From an uncultured Alphaproteobacteria bacterium (lineage in GTDB: Bacteria > Pseudomonadota > Alphaproteobacteria > HIMB59 > GCA-002718135), in assembly GCA_902530685.1 (NCBI GenBank), contig CACAAZ010000002.1:2103-66102 (forward strand): a stretch of 64,000 nucleotides of DNA. Direction: 5' to 3'. Below are positions 43,341 to 52,594 of this stretch, in pieces (the stretch's first letter is position 1; the number at the start of each line of letters is the position of its first letter). The position numbers and the translations under genes are program-made. The notes beneath the pieces were generated by a model. The model searched no databases. It saw only the letters and a list, made by a program, of their open reading frames with translations, and was not told the DNA's origin.

Positions 43341-45110
43341 TTACTGAATAACTGTGTCTTTAGGATCTATGCCAGCAACCTCAACAGGAGCTTTCATAGC
43401 ATCTCTTCTAAATGGTTCTCCAAGCTCTTGATTAAGCATTACTTCTATAAAAGTTGTAGTGCCTTCCATTTGCTCTTTGCATGAAAGCTTTAAAGCTTCA
43501 GTTAATTCTTCCTGTGTGTTAACTTTAATTCCTTTAAATCCACAAGCATCAGCAATTTTTGCATAGCTAAGTTTAGGATCAAGTTCAGTACCAACAAAAT
43601 TATTATTGTACCAAAGAGTTGTATTTCTTTTTTCTGCACCCCATTGATAATTTCTAAAAATAATCATTGTTATATTTGGCCACCCTTCTCTATTGCATGA
43701 TGTCATTTCACTCATACTAATTCCGAAAGCACCATCTCCAGCAAAACCAACTACTGGAGTGTCCGGACAGCCTATTTTAGCGCCAATTACCGATGGAAAT
43801 CCATAGCCACACGGGCCAAACAAACCAGGAGCTAAATATTTTCTTCCATTTTCAAAAGTTGGATAAGCATTCCCAATTGCACAATTGTTTCCTATGTCAC
43901 TAGAAATTATTGCATCTTCTGGTAATCCTGCTTGAATTGCTCTCCACGCCATTCTTGGAGACATCTTTTCGGGATCTCTATCTCTTGAATCTTTATTCCA
44001 GGAAGTTCCTGGATCATCATCTTCGTGATCAAGTCCGGTTAAGGTCTGTAACCAAGATGATTTAGTTTGATGAATTAAATCTTCTCTCTCTTTTCTATGA
44101 TCATTTCCTGCATCAGTAGAGAGATTTTCTAATATTTGCTTTGCTACTAATTTTGCATCACCACAAATACCAACACTAATTTTTTTTGTAAGTCCAATTC
44201 GATCAGAGTTAATATCTACTTGAATTACTTGTGCATTTTTTGGCCAATAATCGATTCCATAACTAGGAAGAGTTGAAAAGGGATTAAGTCTGGTTCCAAG
44301 AGCAAGAACTACGTCAGCTTTAGAAATAATTTCCATTGCAGCTTTTGAACCATTGTAGCCTAAAGGGCCAACTGCAAGACGATGCTTACCTGCGAAACTA
44401 TCATTGTGTTGATAGCCACATGCAACAGGAGCACTTAATTTTTCCGCAAGATTTTTACAATCTTCAATTGCATCTGCCAAAATAACTCCAGCTCCAGATA
44501 AAATAACTGGAAATTTTGCTTTAGATAATAAATCAGCTGCTTTTTTTATTGCCTCTGATCCTCCAGAAGGTCTTTCAAATTTGATTATTGGTGGGATCTC
44601 GATTTCAACAACTTGAGTCCAAAAATCTCTTGGAATATTTATTTGAGCAGGAGCTGATCCCTTAATTGCTTTAGAGATAACTCTATTTAAGACTTCAGCT
44701 ACTCTTGATGGATCTCTAACTTCTTCTTGATAGCAGACCATATCTTTAAATAAATTCATTTGTTCTACTTCTTGAAATCCACCTTGACCAATAGTTTTAT
44801 TTGCTGCCTGTGGTGTCACAAGTAGCATTGGTGTATGGTTCCAATAAGCTGTTTTGATTGGAGTAACTAAACCAGTAATACCAGGACCGTTTTGAGCAAT
44901 ACACATTGCAATTTTGCCTGTTGATCTAGTATAACCATCAGCCATAATTCCACCATTGGACTCATGAGCCACATCCCAAAATTTAATTCCAGCTTTAGGA
45001 AATAAATCAGAGATTGGCATAAAAGCTGATCCTATAATACCAAAGGCATGTTGTACTCCATGTTTTTGAAGAACTTTTACAAAAGCCTCTTCAGTTGTCA
45101 TTTTAGGCAT
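43341..45110 (-). CDS. xsc: sulfoacetaldehyde acetyltransferase
   Basis: 589-aa ThDP enzyme. MPKMTTEEAFVKVLQKHGVQHAFGIIGSAFMPISDLFPKAGI and QNGPGITGLVTPIKTAYWNHTPMLLVTPQAANKTIGQGGFQEVEQ match Xsc as I remember it. ThDP motif GDGAFGISMSE. Confidence 0.85.
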   Translation of the reverse strand: MPKMTTEEAFVKVLQKHGVQHAFGIIGSAFMPISDLFPKAGIKFWDVAHESNGGIMADGYTRSTGKIAMCIAQNGPGITGLVTPIKTAYWNHTPMLLVTPQAANKTIGQGGFQEVEQMNLFKDMVCYQEEVRDPSRVAEVLNRVISKAIKGSAPAQINIPRDFWTQVVEIEIPPIIKFERPSGGSEAIKKAADLLSKAKFPVILSGAGVILADAIEDCKNLAEKLSAPVACGYQHNDSFAGKHRLAVGPLGYNGSKAAMEIISKADVVLALGTRLNPFSTLPSYGIDYWPKNAQVIQVDINSDRIGLTKKISVGICGDAKLVAKQILENLSTDAGNDHRKEREDLIHQTKSSWLQTLTGLDHEDDDPGTSWNKDSRDRDPEKMSPRMAWRAIQAGLPEDAIISSDIGNNCAIGNAYPTFENGRKYLAPGLFGPCGYGFPSVIGAKIGCPDTPVVGFAGDGAFGISMSEMTSCNREGWPNITMIIFRNYQWGAEKRNTTLWYNNNFVGTELDPKLSYAKIADACGFKGIKVNTQEELTEALKLSCKEQMEGTTTFIEVMLNQELGEPFRRDAMKAPVEVAGIDPKDTVIQ

Positions 45111-45244
45111 ATTTACTCCCTTAAAACCATAACATCCCTATATTATATTAAACAATAAATGAACTATAATAATTTCATAAGTTTATTTAGATTGTTATAT
45201 AAAAGTATTATTAAAGAATTACCGACTTTTTTAAGGTTGCTAAA

Positions 45245-47077
45245 ATGACGCTTCAGGGACAAGAAATAATAAAAGCTATTTCAAAGACTTTACCAAATCA
45301 GCCAGGTGTTTATCAAATGGAGGATAACAAAGGAAATATACTATATATTGGAAAAGCAAAAAATTTATCAAATAGAGTTAAAAATTATTTATCAATTAAT
45401 AATTTAACTAGAAGAATACAGAGAATGGTTAGCTTAACAAATTCTATGAATTTTTTCGTTACGAACACTGAATTAGAAGCAATTATATTAGAATGTAACT
45501 TAATAAAAAAACATAAACCAAGATTTAATGTTTTATTAAGAGACGATAAATCTTTTCCTTTTATTTTTATTTCATCTGAACATGATTTCCCAAGAATTGA
45601 AAAACATAGAGGCCCCAAAAATAAGACGGGAAGATATTATGGACCCTTTGCAAGCCCTGATGCAGTTAATAGAACTATAAATACTATACAAAGAATATTT
45701 TTGCTTAGATCATGTACTGATAAGGAGGTATCTAAAGGTAATAAGCTTTGCTTTAATTATTATCTTAAAAGATGTTCAGGTCCTTGTGGAGGAAAAATTA
45801 CAAAGAAAGCATACGCAAAGCTTATAGAATCAGCTGATGATTTTTTGAGTAGTGGAAATTCAGAAAAAATTCAAAAGAACTTTACTAATCAAATGTATGT
45901 TGCATCAAAAAATAAAAACTTTGAACTAGCTGCTTCCTTAAGAGATAGATTAAAAGCTCTTAAGCATATTGCACAAAATAATTCTATAAAAATTAAGGAT
46001 ATAAGGGATGCTGATGTATTCGCTATTGATAGTAGGAATGGCAAAACGTGTATTTATGGAAGTTTTTTTCGCAATAATACATCTTATGGAGGCAAAGCAT
46101 TTTATCCTGATCATGATCAATTAGCTGAAAAGGAAGAGATTATGCTTGGTTTTCTAAATATATTTTATGCTGATAAAGAAATACCAAAATATATTCTGAC
46201 AAATACTAATATTAAAAAAAGTGCTAGTTTTAATATTTTAGGAAAAAATTTTGAAAATACAAAAATTTTAACACCACAAAAGGGTCCTAAAAAAAATCTT
46301 TTAAAATTTGCAGAAAAAAATTCACGTATTAATTTAGAGTTAAGATTAAATAAATTAAAATCTTTTGATAGTTTTACTAATGAAATAAAAAAAATATTCC
46401 AAATTAAAAAAGATATCAATAAAATTGAAGCATATGATAATAGTCATACATTTGGAAAATTTCCAGTAGGTGTAATGATAGCTTATAACAATAATGGTTT
46501 TATAAAGTCAAATTACAGAAAGTTTAACATAAAATTTAATGTTGAAGACAATAAAAACAAGGTAGATGATTACTATATGATGAAAGAAATGCTCATTAGG
46601 AGATTTAATAACACCAAATTCAGGGATGAAATTGATCTTCCTGATTTATTGTTAATAGATGGAGGAAAAGGCCAATATAATTCAGCAAAAGAAGTAATGG
46701 ATAAACTGAAAATTAATATTCCTATAATTTCAATGGCAAAAGGAGCTGATAGAAACTCAGGGAGAGAGATTTTAATACATGAAAAGTTCACACATAGATT
46801 GAATGAAAATAGTACTCTACTTCATTTTTTGCAGAACATAAGAGATGAAGTTCACAGATTTGCTATTACAACACACAGAACAAAAAGATCAAAAATGAGT
46901 ATCAAGTCAGTATTTGATGAGCTTAAAGGTATTGGTCCAGAAAGAAAAAAAATATTAAAGAAACACTTTGGGACTATTGAAAATATCAAACTAGCTACCT
47001 TTGAAGATTTAAAAAAAGTTAAATCAATACCTTTAAATATTCTTAGACAAATTTATGAATATTTTCATAGCGTTTAA
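45245..47077 (+). CDS. uvrC: excinuclease ABC subunit C
   Basis: GIY-YIG N-terminus (GVYQMEDNKGNILYIGKAKNLSNRV), UVR domain, C-terminal HhH. Confidence 0.95.
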   Translation: MTLQGQEIIKAISKTLPNQPGVYQMEDNKGNILYIGKAKNLSNRVKNYLSINNLTRRIQRMVSLTNSMNFFVTNTELEAIILECNLIKKHKPRFNVLLRDDKSFPFIFISSEHDFPRIEKHRGPKNKTGRYYGPFASPDAVNRTINTIQRIFLLRSCTDKEVSKGNKLCFNYYLKRCSGPCGGKITKKAYAKLIESADDFLSSGNSEKIQKNFTNQMYVASKNKNFELAASLRDRLKALKHIAQNNSIKIKDIRDADVFAIDSRNGKTCIYGSFFRNNTSYGGKAFYPDHDQLAEKEEIMLGFLNIFYADKEIPKYILTNTNIKKSASFNILGKNFENTKILTPQKGPKKNLLKFAEKNSRINLELRLNKLKSFDSFTNEIKKIFQIKKDINKIEAYDNSHTFGKFPVGVMIAYNNNGFIKSNYRKFNIKFNVEDNKNKVDDYYMMKEMLIRRFNNTKFRDEIDLPDLLLIDGGKGQYNSAKEVMDKLKINIPIISMAKGADRNSGREILIHEKFTHRLNENSTLLHFLQNIRDEVHRFAITTHRTKRSKMSIKSVFDELKGIGPERKKILKKHFGTIENIKLATFEDLKKVKSIPLNILRQIYEYFHSV

Positions 47078-47106
47078 AAAATTCTTAATTTAGAGTTATA
47101 TTTTAA

Positions 47107-47649
47107 ATGAACCTATCAAATATATTAACATTAATAAGAATAATAATTATTCCTATAATTGTCTTATGTATTTATTTTAAAAATCCTTTTTTTGGATGGA
47201 GTGCATTTATTTTATTTTGCTTGGCAAGTGTTACCGATTATTTTGATGGTTACTTAGCTAGAATAAGAAATGAAGTTACGAACTTTGGAACATTCTTAGA
47301 CCCTATAGCTGATAAACTACTAGTCTCAGCTGTGATTCTTATTTTAACATCGAAAGGTATTATAGCTGATTGGGAGACAATTCCTGCATTAATTATATTA
47401 CTTAGAGAAATTACTGTATCAGGTTTACGAGAATATCTAGCTGGTATAAAAGTTAGTGTCCCAGTATCAAGAATTGCAAAGTTAAAAACTTTATTTCAAC
47501 TTTGTGCGTTAGCATTATTGATACTTTCAGAGAGTATTACAAACATTATTTCAATTATATATTTGGGAAAATTATTTCTATGGATTGCTGGTTTATTAAC
47601 ACTTTATACAGCATATGACTATGTGAAAGCTTCAATCAAACACTTTTAA
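47107..47649 (+). CDS. pgsA: CDP-diacylglycerol--glycerol-3-phosphate 3-phosphatidyltransferase
   Basis: CDP-alcohol phosphatidyltransferase motif DYFDGYLAR...GTFLDPIADK. Confidence 0.85.
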   Translation: MNLSNILTLIRIIIIPIIVLCIYFKNPFFGWSAFILFCLASVTDYFDGYLARIRNEVTNFGTFLDPIADKLLVSAVILILTSKGIIADWETIPALIILLREITVSGLREYLAGIKVSVPVSRIAKLKTLFQLCALALLILSESITNIISIIYLGKLFLWIAGLLTLYTAYDYVKASIKHF

Positions 47650-47650
47650 T

Positions 47651-47896
47651 ATGATAATAAAATACTTTGCATGGATAAAAGATATTACTGATAAAGACTA
47701 TGATGAAATCAAAAATAACCCTCCAAAGACAATAAATGATTTAAAAAAAATGTTGTGCGAGTCATATCCTGATTTAGAAAAACACATTAATAGTGATATA
47801 TTAAGATATGCAATTAATATGGAGTACACTTCAATTAACCAAAAATTAAATTCAAAAGATGAAATCGCTATATTCCCTCCAGTAAGTGGAGGTTAA
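47651..47896 (+). CDS. moaD: molybdopterin synthase sulfur-carrier subunit
   Basis: 81 aa, ubiquitin-like size, C-terminal GG; 1-nt overlap with moaE. Confidence 0.75.
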   Translation: MIIKYFAWIKDITDKDYDEIKNNPPKTINDLKKMLCESYPDLEKHINSDILRYAINMEYTSINQKLNSKDEIAIFPPVSGG

Positions 47897-48312
47897 TGAT
47901 TAAGATTCAGAAAAAAAATTTCAATTTAGAAAAAGAAATAAAAAATATAAAAGATAATTTAAGTAGTGTAGGTGCAGTCAGTTCTTTTATTGGTTATGTC
48001 AGGGACTTTAATAATAATGAGGATGTTAAGAGTATCTGTTTAGAGGTTTACTACGAAATGGCAATTAAAGAACTAGCTAAAATCAAAAATAATGCGATTA
48101 AAAAATGGAATCTAGCTGATTGTCTGATAATACATAGATACGGCGAATTAAAAGTTAGTGAAAAAATCGTTCTTGTAGCTTGCTTTTCTGAACACAGAAA
48201 AAATAGTTTTGAAGCTTGTAAATATATAATGGATTTTCTCAAAAAAGATGCACCTTTTTGGAAAAAAGAATTTTATTATAAAAGATCTAGCTGGTTAAAA
48301 AATACTATTTAG
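47896..48312 (+). CDS. moaE: molybdopterin synthase catalytic subunit
   Basis: GAVSSFIGYVRD and FWKKE blocks typical of MoaE; 138 aa. Confidence 0.8.
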   Translation: MIKIQKKNFNLEKEIKNIKDNLSSVGAVSSFIGYVRDFNNNEDVKSICLEVYYEMAIKELAKIKNNAIKKWNLADCLIIHRYGELKVSEKIVLVACFSEHRKNSFEACKYIMDFLKKDAPFWKKEFYYKRSSWLKNTI

Positions 48313-49189
48313 TTTCAGTTACTATTTTTCTGTAATCTTTCATAAATTTAAAAGTTATAGAATTATCTCCAGTTGTGAATTTAAAAGAATCAATAGATTT
48401 TACAGGGGTTATTTCCGCAGCAGTTCCAGTTAAGAATATTTCCTCAAAGTCATTCAATTCCTCGGGTTTAATATAACGTTCAATAAGTTTGAAACCTTGA
48501 TCCTTAACCATCTCGATTACTGTTTGACGGGTAATACCATTTAAAAAACAATCTGGAATAGGAGTATGGATTTCATCTCCTTTTATTAAAAAAATATTTG
48601 AACTAGTTGCTTCTGCAACAAATCCTCTGTAATCTAGCATCAATGCCTCGTTGTAGCCTTTTTCCTCAGCGAAAGATTTAGAGAGTGTACAAATTAAATA
48701 AGGTCCTGATGCTTTTGCTTCAAAAGGTATAGAATCTGGAGGTGGTCTTTTCCAAGGTGATGTGATAAGATTTAACCCTTCTTTCATATCTTCAAGCTTG
48801 TAATAAGTTGTCCAATCATCCCAAACAGCTATTGAAACATGAACATTAGATTTTGATGTTGATAAGCCCATCAAGTTACTACCTCTCCAAGCAAAAGGTC
48901 TTACATAACAATCTTTGAAATTCATTTTAGCTATTAAACTGTCTTTAGCATTATTAATTTCAGTTTCAGAATAAGGAATTTTTATACCAACTGTTTCTGC
49001 AGATTTAAAAAATCTTTTAGTATGTTGTTCACTTTTAAAGATTTTACCATTGTAGGCTCTCTCTCCCTCAAAAACTGCGCTAGCATAGTGCAACCCTTGA
49101 TTAATAACATGTGTTTTAGCCTGTTTCCATTCAACAAATTGGCCATCGTACCAAATCCATCCATCTCTATTTTCAAATGTTTTAAGCAT
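48305..49189 (-). CDS. ilvE: branched-chain amino acid aminotransferase (class IV)
   Basis: GLHYASAVFEGERAY, and later class-IV fold blocks (LTGTAAEITPV). Confidence 0.85.
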   Translation of the reverse strand: MLKTFENRDGWIWYDGQFVEWKQAKTHVINQGLHYASAVFEGERAYNGKIFKSEQHTKRFFKSAETVGIKIPYSETEINNAKDSLIAKMNFKDCYVRPFAWRGSNLMGLSTSKSNVHVSIAVWDDWTTYYKLEDMKEGLNLITSPWKRPPPDSIPFEAKASGPYLICTLSKSFAEEKGYNEALMLDYRGFVAEATSSNIFLIKGDEIHTPIPDCFLNGITRQTVIEMVKDQGFKLIERYIKPEELNDFEEIFLTGTAAEITPVKSIDSFKFTTGDNSITFKFMKDYRKIVTETK

Positions 49190-49250
49190 ATTTTAAATTT
49201 TATAATTTTTTAATGACAATCGACTATCAGTCATGCATAATTAAGTCAAT

Positions 49251-49733
49251 ATGGTTGACCTAAATAAATTAATAACACCTCTTTTTTTGAATGAGACTGA
49301 GATTCGTAAAATTATTGAATTAATGTTTTTTTCTTATAGAGATTTTACAGCAGGACCTGATGAAGTACTTGAAAAAATGAATTTTGGCCGTGCCCATCAT
49401 AGAGTTATATATTTTGTTGGTAAAAGAAATAATCTAACTATTAAAGAACTTCTATCAATTCTTCAAATCACTAAACAAAGCCTTTCAAGGGTCCTTAACC
49501 AGTTAGTAAAAGAAAAATATATTTTACTTTCTATTGGTAAGGATAAAAGAACTAAAAAATTATCTTTATCTAAAAAAGGAATTGATCTAGAAAAACAATT
49601 ATCAGATATTCAAATTTCAAAAATCTATAACGTTATTAAAAATTTTGATGAGGTAGATATAAACGGATTTAAGAAAATTTTATTTAAAATGTTAGATAAA
49701 AAAAATCAAAACGTATTTAATAAAATTAATTAA
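49251..49733 (+). CDS. MarR-family transcriptional regulator
   Basis: Winged-HTH region LTIKELLSILQITKQSLSRVLNQLVKEKYI; 160 aa. Confidence 0.7.
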   Translation: MVDLNKLITPLFLNETEIRKIIELMFFSYRDFTAGPDEVLEKMNFGRAHHRVIYFVGKRNNLTIKELLSILQITKQSLSRVLNQLVKEKYILLSIGKDKRTKKLSLSKKGIDLEKQLSDIQISKIYNVIKNFDEVDINGFKKILFKMLDKKNQNVFNKIN

Positions 49734-49738
49734 GTTAT

Positions 49739-50419
49739 ATGCAGAAAAGTATACTTATAGTTGATGATGATGAAAGACTTAGAGAATTATTAAAAGATTA
49801 TTTAAGTGAAAAAAATTTTGATATCTATGTAAGTGAAGATTTTAACGAGGCTAAAGAAATTCTACCTTTAATAAAATTTGATATAATTATCTTAGATAGA
49901 ATGATGCCATCAGGAGATGGTATTGAGTTAATTGATTTTATTAAAAATAATTTTGATTCACCAGTCATAATGCTTACAGCCATGGGTAGTGATAAAAACA
50001 AAATTGATGGTTTTAAGTATGGAGCGAACGATTATTTATCAAAACCGTTTGAACCTGAAGAACTTTATTTAAGAATTCAAAATCTTTTAGATTTATATAA
50101 CAACAAAAACGATGATACATCACTTATAAAATTTGGTAAATTTAGTTTTAATCTATCTACTGCAGAGTTAAAAGAAAATAATAAGATTGTTTATTTAACT
50201 GAAAGTGAGAATGAATTATTGCTGAGATTAATTAGTAAGAAAAATTCAATAGTTTTAAGAGAGGAATTAGCAGAACAAGATTTTGATGAATCTGAATTAA
50301 GAAAGGTAGATGTCAGAATTACAAGACTAAGACAAAAAATTGAGACAAATGCAAAACAACCTCAATTTATCAAAACTATTAGAGGAAAAGGTTATAAATT
50401 AATTTGTAATGAAATTTAA
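49739..50419 (+). CDS. OmpR-family response regulator
   Basis: Receiver domain (ILIVDDD...LDRMMP...KPF) plus winged-helix output (IKTIRGKGYKL). Confidence 0.85.
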   Translation: MQKSILIVDDDERLRELLKDYLSEKNFDIYVSEDFNEAKEILPLIKFDIIILDRMMPSGDGIELIDFIKNNFDSPVIMLTAMGSDKNKIDGFKYGANDYLSKPFEPEELYLRIQNLLDLYNNKNDDTSLIKFGKFSFNLSTAELKENNKIVYLTESENELLLRLISKKNSIVLREELAEQDFDESELRKVDVRITRLRQKIETNAKQPQFIKTIRGKGYKLICNEI

Positions 50420-51711
50420 TGATTAAGAAAATAATACCCTCTACCCTAATTGGAAGATCAATAATCATTATCTTTGTCCCCATAGTTGTTATAGTTTTAC
50501 TGACTTCAATTGTATTCTATCAGACATCATGGAGTATTATTTCTAAAAGATTAACTGAATCTGTGGCTGCAGATATAAATGTTTTAGTTAAACTAATTGG
50601 TAGTAACCTTAGTGTTAATGCAATTAATATAGCAGAACAAGATTTTAAAATGAAAGTCAATATTATCAAAGATAAACAGTTATTATCTTCAAAATTTAAT
50701 CTTAATTCAGGAATATTGTCTAATAGATTGAATCAATCTTTAAGAAATTTGAAAAAGAAATTTGATTATGATTTATCAAATCTTGAAGAAGGTGTTTTAA
50801 TATTCATTCAAATTGATAACGATATTTTGGAAATTAATGTTGATAAAGATAGGCTATATAGTGAGACTGCTTTTGTTTTTCTTCTTTGGATGATTTTTGC
50901 TTCTATAATTCTTTTTTTTATGTCTTATTTTTTAATGAGCAGACAATTGATGCCTCTCAAAAAACTAGCTATAATTGCTGAAACATTTGGAAGAGGTTTA
51001 GATGCTCCAGATATTAAGATTGCAGGAGCTTATGAAATAAGGCAGACGGCCAATGCTTTCAATCAGATGAGAACAAGAATTAAAAGATTTTTAAAACAAA
51101 GAACAGAAATGCTAGCCGGAGTAAGTCATGATCTAAGAACACCTCTAACAAGAATGAAATTACAAATTTCATTGATGAAAGATAAGAAAGCAAAATCTGA
51201 ACTTGAAGCAGATGTCAACGAAATGACTTCAATGTTAGATAGTTATGTTAGTTTTGTAAAAACAGAATCTCCTGAACCAATAGAAACAATTATTATTAAT
51301 GAATTAATTGGTGATATTGTTAAAACTATCAAAAAAAATAGTGTTGATATAGTGATTAATGAAAAGAACACTATTCAAACCTCTGGAAGACAAATCCAAA
51401 TTAAGAGAGCTTTCAATAATATTATTGATAATTCAAAAAGGTATGCAAAAAAAATTGAAATAAATCTTTATAAAAATGAGAAAGAATGCGTTATAGAGTT
51501 TAACGATGATGGTGAAGGAATTCCAAGTAACAAATATGAAGATGTTTTTAAACCATTTTTTACTTTAGATCCGTCAAGGAATAAACTTAAAGGAGAGAGT
51601 GGTTTAGGATTAACTATTACAAGGGATATTATAAGATCACATGGAGGTGATGTTAAATTATCTGAGTCAAATCTAGGAGGTCTTCAACTTAAAGTTTTAC
51701 TTCCTCTTTGA
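50419..51711 (+). CDS. sensor histidine kinase (EnvZ-like architecture)
   Basis: Two TM helices, HAMP, H-box AGVSHDLRTPLT, ATPase G-boxes DDGEGIP and GESGLGLTI; 1-nt overlap with the regulator. Confidence 0.85.
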   Translation: MIKKIIPSTLIGRSIIIIFVPIVVIVLLTSIVFYQTSWSIISKRLTESVAADINVLVKLIGSNLSVNAINIAEQDFKMKVNIIKDKQLLSSKFNLNSGILSNRLNQSLRNLKKKFDYDLSNLEEGVLIFIQIDNDILEINVDKDRLYSETAFVFLLWMIFASIILFFMSYFLMSRQLMPLKKLAIIAETFGRGLDAPDIKIAGAYEIRQTANAFNQMRTRIKRFLKQRTEMLAGVSHDLRTPLTRMKLQISLMKDKKAKSELEADVNEMTSMLDSYVSFVKTESPEPIETIIINELIGDIVKTIKKNSVDIVINEKNTIQTSGRQIQIKRAFNNIIDNSKRYAKKIEINLYKNEKECVIEFNDDGEGIPSNKYEDVFKPFFTLDPSRNKLKGESGLGLTITRDIIRSHGGDVKLSESNLGGLQLKVLLPL

Positions 51712-51713
51712 TT

Positions 51714-52061
51714 TTAAAATAATTTACCCCCATTGTTTACCTGTTTATCTGGAGACAATAAAACTGGCTCATTTTCTATATCTGGTACACCAAGAACTAA
51801 TACTTCTGAAATAATTTTACCAATTTGTTTTGGTTCAAAATTTACAACAGCAATGACTTGCTTATTAATTAATTCATCACTTTTATAATATTTTTGTAAT
51901 TGTGCAGAAGTTTTTTTTATACCAATTTTTTCACCAAAATCTATTTTCAAAATTATGGATGGTTTTTTTAGTTCATTATATTCATATGCTTCAATTACTG
52001 TTCCTATTCTTATATCCACATTTTCAAATTCTTCATAATTGATAAAATTATGAGAGCTCAT
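51714..52061 (-). CDS. tRNA-binding domain protein (CsaA/EMAP-like)
   Basis: IRIGTVIEAY...KIDFGEKIGIKKTSAQL...VIAVVNFEPKQIGKIISEVLVLG matches the OB-fold tRNA-binding domain family. Confidence 0.75.
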   Translation of the reverse strand: MSSHNFINYEEFENVDIRIGTVIEAYEYNELKKPSIILKIDFGEKIGIKKTSAQLQKYYKSDELINKQVIAVVNFEPKQIGKIISEVLVLGVPDIENEPVLLSPDKQVNNGGKLF

Positions 52062-52594
52062 GAAAATTTTATAACTTTTTCAATATTGTTTAAATATTTA
52101 TCTAAGGTACTCATTGTTTTTTCTAAACTTTCATTTTCATCATTAAACCAAGTGAATAGAGTTATATAATAAAGAGCAAAAATAATTTTAATTTTTATAA
52201 CACCTTGGATACCGCTAGTATTAATATTTGCAAAAGTAGCAATCAAAATTTTGCTCTCAATTAATTTAGGAATAAGTTTTAATACTCCTTGTGGTCTAGA
52301 CATAAAATGATTAATTATATTTTTTACAGAAATTCTATATTCATTCAATATATCATAACGTGCCATGATAATTTCAAATAGCATATCTCTCTGTGATGAC
52401 TTTTCTATATTAACAAGATTTTTTTTTAATTGAAAATCAAAGAAGTCATTAATATTTAAGATTAGATCAATTTTATTATTCATGTTTGACACTTTAGTAT
52501 TAGATAAAAAATTTTTAAGATTAATATCTTTAAATTTTTTTTTCTCTAAATATTGTAAAGTTTTTTTTGCTAGAGATATTTTATTTTGATTCAC
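52058..52594 (-). CDS. COQ9-like / TetR-fold protein (tentative)
   Basis: The C-terminal stretch IKIIFALYYITLFTWFNDENESLEKTMSTLDKYLNNIEKV resembles the COQ9-family C-terminus; weak, from memory only. Confidence 0.4.
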   Translation of the reverse strand: MNQNKISLAKKTLQYLEKKKFKDINLKNFLSNTKVSNMNNKIDLILNINDFFDFQLKKNLVNIEKSSQRDMLFEIIMARYDILNEYRISVKNIINHFMSRPQGVLKLIPKLIESKILIATFANINTSGIQGVIKIKIIFALYYITLFTWFNDENESLEKTMSTLDKYLNNIEKVIKFS

